The notes under the pieces: generated by a model | The model's input: the letters and a program-made list of their open reading frames with translations, nothing else | Database searches by the model: none | What the model was told of the DNA's origin: nothing | NCBI RefSeq assembly: GCF_009914755.1 | Contig: NC_060947.1 | DNA length: 64,000 bases | Reading direction: 5' to 3' (one strand) | From: the human T2T-CHM13v2.0 reference genome, Homo sapiens | Position numbers and translations under genes: made by a program | Part shown: one piece after another, positions 12,460 through 23,805 of the stretch | How positions within the stretch are numbered: the first letter of the stretch is position 1 | How the letters are laid out: each line of letters opens with the position of its first letter

Positions 12460-13160
12460 TGATTTTATTTTTATTTATCACCATTACTATACCCTATAGG
12501 TATAAGATTTGGTCGCTCTACACAGTTGACCTTTTTTCCACAGCCCCTTCTGGAGATGTAACAGATAGTTTTAGGTCTCTGGGCCTCCCTATGCACAGGG
12601 CTTACTTGGATTGGTGGAGTTATCCGGGGGTCTTTTGGTTTTGATTTCATTTCTTATTTAACATGTGGTAACAGACAATTATTGTTGGCTTTTTCCCCTC
12701 TCTTATGCTTTCTTGATTGGGTGATAGATGTTTCAGAGGATTTTTTTTTTTGTCTGCAGAAGGGGGAAGGAACAATTTATATCCTCATAGTTGTCTTGTG
12801 TACCTGGTAGGGCAAGAGAGTGAACACAGAAGGGCATTGGTTTAGGGGAAGAAGACGGAGACAAAATGGGAAGCGGGGGCTTCATAAAGGGTATAGGTTG
12901 AGGAAAGGTTTTTGCCAGGCCAGGACAGGATAGGACTCTTGGGAGAATGTATGGGGAAGAAGAGAAGGAGCATGGGTAGGGTTATCTGACCTGGCAACTG
13001 TTTCTGTATTTGCACTGGCAAGGGGTCGTCCCCTCTTTCTTTTCTTCTTCAGCACTTGTGGCTGATTCTTCTGCTCTTGTGGTTGGTTGGTCCATATCTG
13101 TGCTGAATGTCTGTGGTTTGTCTGTAATCTCAGCCATGTTGAAGCCTTCTAGTGGTCTGT
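12460..13160 (-). pseudogene. Putative two-exon SPANX-N/VCX-family-like gene relic
   Basis: TATATATA 13181-88; ATG at 13137 in strong Kozak context opens 49 codons (MAEITDKPQTFSTDMDQPTTRAEESATSAEEEKKEGTTPCQCKYRNSCQ) up to a CAG|GTCAGA donor at 12990; pyrimidine-rich intron with AG acceptors at 12805-04 and 12755-54; exon 2 carries PTIIVCYH and DNSTNP remnants with stops and frameshifts; tandem AATAAA 12464-12475. Family assignment is from recalled SPANX-N/VCX sequences. Confidence 0.6.
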
Positions 13161-13400
13161 CCCAGGGAGCTCCCCCTGCCTATATATACCCTCCCCTAGG
13201 CAAGGCAAAGACACACTCTTAAGCTGTGCTTGGTCATCCAGGCACTGCTGCAGCCAATGGTAGCCCTGGAGTGTCTTGGACATCATGAAACACAACCCCG
13301 ACACCTCCACTGGTGGTTGGGTGGTAGTGGGGGGATGCTGGAGAGGCTAAGATGCTGTGATTGGAGAAAGGGGGTTTCTTTAACACCACATAAAGAGCTT
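13138..13400 (-). promoter_or_regulatory. TATA/CCAAT promoter resembling the shared SPANX/VCX/CSAG/Cypt promoter
   Basis: Minus strand reads 'tttgccttgcctaggggagggTATATATAggcagggggagctccctgggaca...aggcttcaacATG'; CCAAT motifs at 13254-58 (+) and 13360-64 (-). Confidence 0.55.
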
Positions 13401-13651
13401 TCCCAAACTGACTTGCCACCCCCTCCTCTTCTCATATTCAATTCTGTTGACCCCCATCGCAGAAAGAGGGTGCTTCCTTCAAGTTGTTCCCCCATGGCCA
13501 CCACATCAGTGGTTCATTCTTTTCTCTCCCACCCTTCACCATTATTTAGTATTTTGGATGTCTTGCCTAAAATCCCTCTAAGGTAATGTGGCCATATTTA
13601 AGTCTCTGTGGCCATGTGAATCATCCTACTTGTCCCTAATTTGTGTGCTTG

Positions 13652-14638
13652 TTTTGATTTATTTCAATAGTTTTGGGGGTACAGGTGGTTTTTTGTTACA
13701 TGAGTAAGTTCAGTGGTTATTTGTGAGATTTTAGTGCACCCATCACCTGAGCAGTGTACACTGTACCCAATATGTAGTATTTTATCCTTCACCCCCTCCC
13801 AACCTTCCCCTTCACTGAGTTACCAAAGTCCATTATATCATTCTTATGCCTTTGCATCCTCATAGCCTAGCTCCCACTTATAAGTGAGAACATATGATAT
13901 TTGGTTTTCCATTCCTGAGTCACTTCACTTAGAATAATGGCCTCCAGCTCCTTCCAAGTTGCTGCAAAAGACATTATTTCATTCCTTTTTATGGCTGAGT
14001 AGTATTCTTTGGTATACATATACCACGTTTTCTTTATCCACTCATTAGTTGAGGAGACTTAGGTTGCTCCCATATCTTTGCAATTGTGAAATATGCTGCT
14101 ATAAACCATGCGTGTGCATGTGTCTTTCATATAACTTCTTTTCCTCTGAGTAAATGCCCAGTAGTGGGACTGCTGGATCGAATGGTAGATCCACTTTTAG
14201 TTCCTTAAGGAATCTCTATACTGTTTTCCACAGTGGTTGTACTAATTTACATTCCCATCAGCAGTGTAAAAGTGTCCCCTTTTCACCACATTCACAACAG
14301 TATCTTTTTTTTTTCTTTTTTACTTTTTAATTATGGCCTTTCTTGCAGAGTAAAGTGGTATCTCATTGTGGTTTTAATTTGCATTTCCCTGATGATTAGT
14401 GATAGTGAACATTTTTTCATATGTTTGTTGGCTGTTTCTGTATCTTCTTTTGAGAAATAAATGTCTATTCATGTCCTTTGCCTGCTTCGTGATGGGATTA
14501 TTTGTTTCTTGTGGATTTGTTTGAGTTCCTTACAGATTCTGGATATTAGTCCTTTGTTGAATGTATAGTTTGTGAAGATTTTCTCCCACTCTGTGTGTTG
14601 TCTGTTTACTATGCTGCTTATTTCTTTTGCTGCGTAGA
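13652..14638 (-). mobile_element. 5'-truncated L1PB-like element
   Basis: L1PB-type 3' UTR 'tttatttcaatagttttgggggtacaggtgg...' continuing into the ORF2 C-terminal region. Confidence 0.8.
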
Positions 14639-14774
14639 ACATGCTTCTGAACAGTTTTCTATAGGTCAGTTTCAGGTCTGTCAGGAACTGACTTTAATGC
14701 TTCTTTTTTGCTTTTTTCATCAAATTGTAAGCAATTCTCTATGAAAGATGCAATTTGACAAATTATTAAATTGC

Positions 14775-15202
14775 TGTCTTTGTCAGCTTGGCTGCTATAA
14801 CAAAATGGCACAGACTTGGTGGCTTAAACAGCAGACATTTTTTTTTCTCACAGTTCTGGAGGCTGGAGAGTCCAAGATCAAGGCACCAGCAGATTTGGTT
14901 CCTTGTGAGGGCTCTCTTCCTGAAGCACATGGCCACCTTTGTGCTGTGTCCTTACATGGCAGAGAGAGAGCTAGAGAGCAAGTGAGTGAGAACGAGAGAG
15001 TGAGAACCCAAGAGAGCACTCTGGTCCCTCGTCTTCTTCTTATAAGGATGCTAATTCCATCGTGGGGACTCCAGCCTTATGAATTTATCTATTAATAAAC
15101 CTAATTACTTCCCAAAGGCCCTACCTCCCCTCCTCCAAATTCTATCACATTGGGGGTTAGGACTTTAATAGATGAATTTTGGGGCGAAACAGTCCATAAT
15201 CA
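14775..15202 (-). mobile_element. MLT1A/MST-type MaLR solo LTR
   Basis: 'ttggctgctataacaaaatggcacagacttggtggcttaaac...cacagttctggaggctggagagtccaagatcaagg'. Confidence 0.8.
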
Positions 15203-16328
15203 TAGCCTTTCAGTAAGATTTGTCAAAGAACTCTCACTTCAGGAATTTTCTCTGTGGCTGCTCATACTTGGCATGGGAAATAATCTCTTAGAATGGAATC
15301 GAAATGGAAATGGTGGGGGCCTCTTACCTCCATTTCATCCAATATGAGGTAGAATTCTCAAAAGGAACATGAATGGCAGAATAAAGAGCAAACGTGAGGG
15401 CAGGAAGACTTGTTGGGAACTTATTGCAGTAATTTGGGGGAGTGATGATGGAGGCTAGGACCACTGGGCTGGTTGTGGGGTTTTAAGAGATGTGTAGATT
15501 GTGGATATGTTTTAAATATAGGACTAACAGGATTTGCTGAATGATAAATATATGGTATGATTTACAGATAACTCCAAGGTTTTTGAAGGAAACTGAGGAA
15601 GGCAGAGTTTGGCAGAATGAAGTGGCATTGAACAGGAGACAGCTGTCATTCTCCGTTTTGTTCACAGTCTTTGAGTGTGATTACTAGTCTAATCTACCAC
15701 TGGACATTTTCCAAATCTTTCCAGTAAATGAAAAATGCTGGGAAAGGGAAATGGTATGTGTTTTTGTGTCAGTATTGAGCATAGGCTTTAACCCCCAAAT
15801 GGAATATGTTGCCCTGGCTTTCTAAACTATAATATTTTCTATTTTAATATTTATGCTTAGGTAATACTTTTATTGAAGAACAAATTGCATCAAACTTTGG
15901 CTGAAGACCAGATTAAAGCAATTCATTTTTATATACAGTTTTAATTCCTTGAGCCAGAACCTCAAAATATTCAGTGTAGATAACAAATAATGAGGCTGAT
16001 TAATAAACTACATAAAAACACATCCTTGATTCTTTATAGCCCTACTCTTCTCCAATTTCATTTTCCTCAAATTCCATATTTTAAATTCCATGCTTTATTT
16101 GTTTGAAGTCAAGACATTTTTAAATTACAAACTTAAAAGTCATCAAATTATGTCAGAAACCCAATATTCGAATCATAGTTGTAAATTTAGATTATTTGTT
16201 CTCCATTGAAAATTCCATAGAAATTTCTCATTGTAGCCCTTCAGCTAGTAAAGGGCTTCTTTTGTCTTTTTAAAAAATGACTTATTTTAAATCCTCTATT
16301 GTTTGATTTCTAATATGTCCTGCTGGGA

Positions 16329-16629
16329 TTTTTGTTTTTGATTTTTTAAGACAGGGTCTTGCTGTGTTGCCTGGCTAGAGTGCAGTAGCGTGATCATGGC
16401 TTACTGTAGCCTTGACCTCCTGGGCTCAGGCAATGCTCTCAGCTCAACCTCCAGAGTAGCTGGGACTACAGGCATGTGCTGCCAAACCTGGCTAATTTTT
16501 TAATTTTTTTTGTAGTGATGGGGGTCTCACTATGTGCCCAGGGTGACCTCAAACTCCTGGGCTCAAGCAATCCCTCATCTCAGCCTCGCAAAGTGCTGGG
16601 ATTATAGGCATGAGCCACCATGCCTGGCC
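16329..16629 (-). mobile_element. AluJ SINE
   Basis: Dimeric Alu with J diagnostics ('gacagggtcttgc', 'ctcctgggctcaagc'). Confidence 0.9.
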
Positions 16630-17465
16630 TGACCTGCTTGTTTGAGTGTAATATTGCAAATGTTAAGTGAAATAATCAGGATATTGTAGAAGCACTGCCA
16701 ATTTATTTTGAAATAATCACATTTATCCCCTCTGTCTCTTTCAAATGGACAGGTGCATATGGTCATCATCGGGTTTAAAGCATTGCTCTTTTTATTTCTT
16801 ACGATGTCTGTTTCAAGAAAAGCCAGGCAGAGCCCTCCATCATGAAAGGTAGACCTCATAAAGTGCTGCCTTTACTGAATTCAAAAAAATCAAGGAGAGA
16901 CTTTGCCACTAGGCTCAAAGCTAAGGAAGGATATGGGTATACGTCTCTTTCATCGAGTCCTGTTTATCCTTGATCCTCTTAGATGAAAGGCAGGGGACGT
17001 TGTTAAAATGTTGGCTGCAAGAAAGGTGAGAACTTGATTTGGGTTTTAAATTTACCATTTTGTTTTGTTCTACCAACAGTGAGTCAAGTGGTTCTATATG
17101 ATTAGCTGAAACAAACATTGAGTTTCCGGTCTTGTTCCTTGCTTTCACCCTTCTCAGGAAGCAAGCCAGAATTGACTCTGCATTGGCCTTAACCTCCAAG
17201 ACTCATGTGAGATTAATACTCATCAGCCACCTTTTAAGAATATCAGCAATTACCATACTAGGACAGCATCATTATTGATCCTTTGATTGCTGTTCTCACT
17301 TTAATGTCAAGACTCTGAAGCCTTGACCTTGTACTCATAGCCCTTGAGCTTTTAAGAGATGATTATTTTTAATGATACAACAGTATTATTGACATGTAGG
17401 AATCTATTTTGGTGATAATAGAAATAGCTCCAAATAGCAAGAGTGTGGTTTTTAAAATTACTTTC

Positions 17466-18060
17466 TGTGGCAGACACAGTTGTTTGTATCCACAAGGGCA
17501 TTTCCCCTTCTTCTTTGCTACCAGGAACTTGATTTTGTTTAGGTGGTAATGTGCACAGCCCAGAGGATGAGTCTAAATCAGTTGTCTAAGCTGGTGGTGT
17601 AAATCAGTGCATGGCAATTAAATGTCCCTTGGACAAATACTCCTTTTTCCAGCCCCTCTTGCAAATTAGGTGGCCATGTGACTTTTAGCCAATGAGACAT
17701 ATGGGCAAGACTGCTGGGGGAACATCCAGGAAATACTTTATTGCCCGACAAAAGAAAGTTTGGAAGGATACCTCCTCCGCACTGAACTTTCCCTCTTCTT
17801 CCTTCCCTGAATGTGATTATATGTGATTCCCAGATCTGCAGTAGCTATTTTGAAACCATGAAGTTACAAACCTAAGACAAAATGCTGAGGATGGCAAAGT
17901 TGAAAGAAAAAAATGAGCCTGGGACCTTGGTGATATTGTTGATCTGAGATATTAAACCAGGAATTCCCTATCTTCTTTTATTTTGAAATAATAAAATATA
18001 TTTATTGTTCATGTCATTGTTAATAATTCTATCCCTCAGCAAGAAATCTTCCTATTTGAG
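17466..18060 (+). mobile_element. Old MLT1 (J/K-like) solo LTR
   Basis: 'tgtggcagaca...ggtggccatgtgacttttagccaatgagacat...gcagtagctattttgaaaccatga'. Confidence 0.6.
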
Positions 18061-18597
18061 TCAGCTTCTGTTGTATTTTTCAGGCAAATCATCTACTTAC
18101 TATACTTTGTAGAAACAAGCATAGCCTATTAGAAAGAGCCCTCAGTTAGCCCAGATTTGGGCTCTAGTCTCAGAACACTTATATTTGAATGCCTACTTTC
18201 ATAAGGTACTGTGATATATATTGGGGGTATTAACATTGATAACGTGTGCTCCTAACCCCAAAGGATCTTATAAACAAGTGGGAGAGATTGACTTTAAATA
18301 GATAATTTTGATACAATGAATCAAGTATAATAATGGAGGTATAGACTAAAAAAGTTATGGGAGCAAAAACTGGGGTCATGGACTCCATTTTATGAAGCAC
18401 ACAGAAAGTTTTTGAACGGACAATACTCTTTTAAAAAAGTTTAATGAGGTATAACTTACAAGCAATAACATCAACCAATGTGAAATGTAAATTTCAAGTA
18501 TAATTCTATTACAGCCACAAAATCAAGATATGAAACATTTACATCACTTTAAAGAGCCAGTCTTCTCCCCAAATCCCCTGATCTTGACAAACATTGA

Positions 18598-19003
<406 letters not shown>

Positions 19004-19951
19004 CAATTTCCCTCCATTTTCAAAGGTAGTTTTTGCTAAGATATAGAATTCTTGGCTGACAGTTTTTTTGTGGGTTTTTTCATTCTGAATATATTGTTTC
19101 ACTGCCATCTAGCCTCCATTACTTCTGACAAGTCAGTTTTTTATTGTATTTTTTTCACTGTATATAATGAGTTGTTTTTCTCTTGATTCTTTCAAGATTT
19201 TTCTTTTTCTATGGCTTTTTAACAGTCCAACTATGGTGTTTTTAGGTGTAGATATCTTTGTGTGTCTCCTACTTGGGGTTTCTTAAGCTTCTTGGGTCTA
19301 TAGGTTAATGTGTATTTTTAAACTTGAGAAAGTTGTAAAAATTATTTCTTGAAATATTCTTTTTTCTCCTTCTTTCTTCTTCTAGCACTCCCATTACATA
19401 TAGGTTGGTATGTTTGATATTGTTTCATAAGTCTTCAAGTCTCTGCTAAATTTTCTTAAATTTTCCTCTCTGTTGTTCAAATTGGATAATTCTATGGATC
19501 TATTTCATGTTTACTGATTCTTCTGTCTTCTCAGTTCTGCTACCAAGTCTGTCTAGTGAATTTATCATTTTAGTTATTGTACTTTCCAACTCCAGAATTT
19601 TCACTTGGTTATTTTTAATATTTAATATCTAACATTAATATTAATATTTAATATTTTAAGCATCTAATAATTAATGTTTATATTGTTATATTGATATTTC
19701 CAACTTCTTAAGTTATTGTGATCGTATTTTTTTTTAATTCTTAAACATGGTTTCCCTTAATTCTTTTAACCTGTTTATAACAACTGCTTTAAAGTCTGCT
19801 GAATCCAGTAACTGGACCCACTCAGAGTCCATTAAAAAAATCAACTCCTTCTGTTTCCCTGAATATGGGTTATACTTTCTTATTTCTTCCTCTCATTATT
19901 TTTTGTTGGTGTTATTGAAACCTGGATAGAAGGCTGGATATTTTAGATATT

Positions 19952-20316
19952 TGTCTTAGTTCAGGCTGCTATAACAAATTACCATAGACTGAGTGGCATA
20001 TAAACAACATACATTTATTTCTCATAGTTCTGGAGTCTGGAAGTCCAATGTGAGGTTGCAAGCATGGTTGGGTTCTGGTGAGAGCCCTCTTCCAAGTTGC
20101 AGACTGCCATCTTCTTATTTTCTTATGCAGTGGAAAGAAAGTGAGAAAGCTCTCAGGAGTCCCTTTTATAAGGGCACCAATCCCATTCATGAGAGCTCCA
20201 CCCTTATGACCTAATTACCTCACAAAGGCACTACCTTCTAAAACTATCATATTGGAGATTATGATCACAACATATGAATACTGAGGGGACACAAACATTC
20301 AGTTCATTGCAATAAC
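19952..20316 (-). mobile_element. MST/MLT1A-type MaLR solo LTR
   Basis: 'tgtcttagttcaggctgctataacaaattaccatagactg...ggggacacaaacattcagttcattgca'. Confidence 0.8.
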
Positions 20317-20479
20317 ATATTGTAGAAACTGTGGGTTCTTGATTTTTTCCCCTTAGTGCTGTTGTTTTTGCACCTTTTTTTCCCCTGGGTTTTATTTTGT
20401 TTCGTAACTTGCTTTGCTTTAATCTGTGGAATATTTTCCACCTCTTCCTTACTCCCCAAGTTTGTGGCTGTAATGTGGC

Positions 20480-20610
20480 TCTTCTTTCCTCCTCTTCCTC
20501 CTCCCTTTTCCTTCTTCCTTCTCCTCTTCTTTGTCCTCCTCCTCTTTCTCCTCCTCTTCCTACTGTGTCCTTCCTCTTCTTTTTCCTCTTACTCTTCCTT
20601 CTCCCAGCTT
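20480..20610. repeat. (TCC/TCT)n low-complexity tract
   Basis: Nearly pure pyrimidine run of degenerate CTT/CTC triplets. Confidence 0.85.
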
Positions 20611-22984
20611 CCTGTGGGTCACCCTTTTGTCTGTATAGCTTAGTTGTCAGCCAATAATTAGACAGAAACTGTGCTCAAACAATTTATGCCAGTAAAGATT
20701 CTACTTTCTGCTGACTGCTCCGTGTGTAGGTCCGTCACTTTCAAAGTTTAGGCGTTTTCAATCATCTTTAATTTTTTGCTGGATCCTCTTGGGTCTTCCT
20801 TGCATGTGCAAGGAGACTTGCAATCATCCAGAGATTGTGAAGAGCTTGGATCCACTCAGTTCTGCCTGTACACAGCCTCCTAATTAGCCAAGGATATATG
20901 TAGAGCATTTCTAGCCCCTCTATGGATCTCTAATTTCCAGGATATCCCTGTTAAATTTCTGATTTCTAGCTAGTCTGCTACTCATTCCCAGTGGGGCTAC
21001 AACCTCAAACTAACAGAGTTATGGACTTTCATCCCTTTTGTTTCCTACCAAATTTGCTAATTTGACTGGCGACACTTGTGGGTTTTCACCCTCTGCTCCA
21101 AATCAAGGTAGCCCCATCTAGTGGCAAATCTTCTATTTTACACTGCTAGCCCCATGTGACACTACCACAAAGTAGCAGTACTTTGCAGATTAATATGGGT
21201 GGGTGGATGGGGGTGTATGTGATCATTTCCAGGCAAGAATACCACAGACACGACCATTTTACTCAGAGTTCACTAGTTTTTCATGAATAAATACATCTCA
21301 ATTTGTTGTCAGCCTTTCATCTATTTTTAGGCCCTTGAAATGATTATTGTTAGTTTTTCCAGTTTTATAATTGTGTTTTGGGAAGATATTTTCTGACCAT
21401 ATTACTCTGCTATTACCGAAAGTTTTTCTTTTATATGTTACATCTTGCATTTCTAGAATAAACCCTACTCTGTCATGACATATCCTTTTTATATGTTGCT
21501 ATATTTAATTTGCTAACATTTTATTAAGGATTTTCTTGTCATGTTCATAAGTGATATTGGTTTCTATTGTCTTTTTCTTATAATATCTTTTTCTTGTTTT
21601 TATATCAAGGTAGTGCTAGCCTCATAAAATGAACTAAACATATTCCCCCCATTCTATTTCCTGGAAAAGTTTGTGTATAATTGGTATTTTTTCTTCTTTA
21701 AATATGTGGTAGAACTCACCATTAAAGCCACCTGGTCTGGAGTTTCCTGTTGGGAAAGGCTTTTAACTGAAAATTCAATTTCTTTAATAGATGTAGGCTA
21801 TTCAGGTAATCCATTTCTTCTCAAATGAGTTTTGGCAGTTTGTGTCTTTCAAGAAATTTGTCCATTTTACCTGAGTTTTAAAATTTATTGTTGTAACATT
21901 GGTCATAATAGTCCCTTAATATCGTTTAATGTTTGTAGGATGTATGGTGATGCTTCCTTTTTATTCCTGACATTGTTGATATGTATATTTCTTTTTTTTC
22001 TTGATTAGTCTGGCTATTATTTTTCCAATTTTATTAATCTTCTCAATAATGGTTTCATTGAATTTATTCATCGTTTTTCTGTTTCATTGATTTTTGCTCT
22101 TTATTCATTTTTTTTCCTTCTGCTTGCTTTAGGTTTCATTTGCTTTTCTTTAACAGATTTTCTTGAGTTGGAGCTTAAAACACTGATCTGAGACCTTTTT
22201 TTCTTTTTAGTATATTCATTAATGTTATAATTCTCCCTCTAATCACTGCTTTATCTGCATCCCACACATTTTGATAAGTTGTGTCTTCATTTTCAAAATT
22301 CCATTAAAAGTGTTCTAATATCCATTGTGATTTTTTCTTCAGACCATGAGTTATTTAGCATTGTGCTGTTTAAATTCCAAATGTGTGAGAGATTTTCCTA
22401 GTGTTTTTTTTTTCTGTTGATCTCTAGTTTAGTTCTGTTGAATTCAGAGAAAACATTTTAATCAACCATCTGAAATGTATTGAGCCTTGTTTTATGTCTC
22501 AAAATATGGTCTATATTGATGAATATATACCATACATACTTGAAAGTATGTTCTTGTTTGTTGGATGGAATTTATATCAAGTTGGTTAATAGTGTTTGTC
22601 AAGTATTTTATATCACTACTGACTTTCTGCTTACATGTTATTATCAACTTCTGAATGAGGAATTTTAAATCTCCAACTATAATTTTTGATTTGTCCATTT
22701 CAAGAATCTTAATATTTAAAATGTGAGACTTCTCCACTCACTAGCCAAATGATTGTAAACAATCCCCCTAAGGCCACAGGATTCAAATTTTTATGGTTAA
22801 AATGCTGATTCTCTTTCTACCTCAGAGTATTGTGGTGTTTACCAAAATAAATAATTTAAGAAGAGGCATTATAAAACATATACACTAAGTAAATATATGA
22901 TCTCATTAATGCCCACATTGAAACATTATATAAACACGAACAAAATAATTTATAGTAATATAAGATTAGAATTTATGACAGCAT

Positions 22985-23273
22985 TTTTTTTTCTGGAGAC
23001 AGAGTCTCACTCTGTTGCCCAGGCTGGAGTGCAGTGGTGTGATCTCGGCTCACTCTAACCTCCCAGGTTCAAGCTATTCTTGTGCCTCAGCCTCTCAAGT
23101 AGCTGGAACTACAGGCGCGTGCCACCACACCCAACGAATTTTTTTGTGTTTTTAATAGGGATGGGGTTTCACCATGTTGCTCAGGCTGATCTTAAGCTCC
23201 TGAGCTCAGGCAATCCGCTTGCCTTGGCCTCCCAAAGTGCTAGGATTACAGGCACGGGCCACTGTGCCTAGCC
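22985..23273 (-). mobile_element. Alu (old S/J) SINE
   Basis: Dimeric Alu; TSD-like atgacagcattttt / atgactgcattttt. Confidence 0.9.
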
Positions 23274-23594
23274 AATGACTGCATTTTTAATATGATTTTC
23301 CAACCAAAATATCAAGCCTTCTTCATAGGTATGTGACATGTCAAAACACAGAGATATACCTGGTAGAACATATACATATGTCTTTTGTAAATTAATATTA
23401 AACATTTATATTAGACATTAAAAATCACCATTTTTATTATTCAAGAAATGTATTTAATTTTGCTGTTACAAAAAAGAAATGTAACCCCTGCCCACAAAAA
23501 AAAAAAAAACATCTTCCAAGAATCCCTTTAGAGAGATTGTCTATTCTCCTTAAGTGTCATAACACCATATATTGAGCTCATTGTTAGTCTAGCC

Positions 23595-23805
23595 AAAAGG
23601 TCAGCAAACATTTTCTGTAAAGGGATAGATGGTTAGGCTTTGCCATCTCGATCTCAGCTACTCAACTCTGCTGTTATAGTGCAAAAGCAACCATGGACAA
23701 TATGTGAACAAATAAGCATGGCTGTGTTCCAATAAAACATAATTTACAAAAACAGGTGGTGGATCTGATTTGGCCTTGAGCTGTCGTTTGTCAACTCCTG
23801 GTGTA
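23595..23805. mobile_element. MER58A hAT MITE
   Basis: 'ggtcagcaaacattttctgtaaaggg...ctactcaactctgctgttatagtgcaaaagc...gtgttccaataaaac'. Confidence 0.8.

Larger units (their letters stand above)
19020..22720 (-). mobile_element. Ancient L1M ORF1/5' and ORF2 fragments, interrupted by a MaLR LTR and a CT-rich tract
   Basis: T-rich antisense L1 signature ('ggtagaactcaccattaaagccacctggtctgg', 'ttattaaggattttc...atgttcataagtgatattgg'). Confidence 0.65.

Noticed and set aside
13010-13586. ORF-track ORFs overlapping the SPANX-like locus (13010+, 13230+, 13234-, 13283-)
   Set aside because: They do not fit the TATA/ATG/splice architecture; the coherent reading is the short minus-strand exon starting at 13137
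20356-20657. Hydrophobic, membrane-like ORFs
   Set aside because: Produced by the CT-rich low-complexity tract
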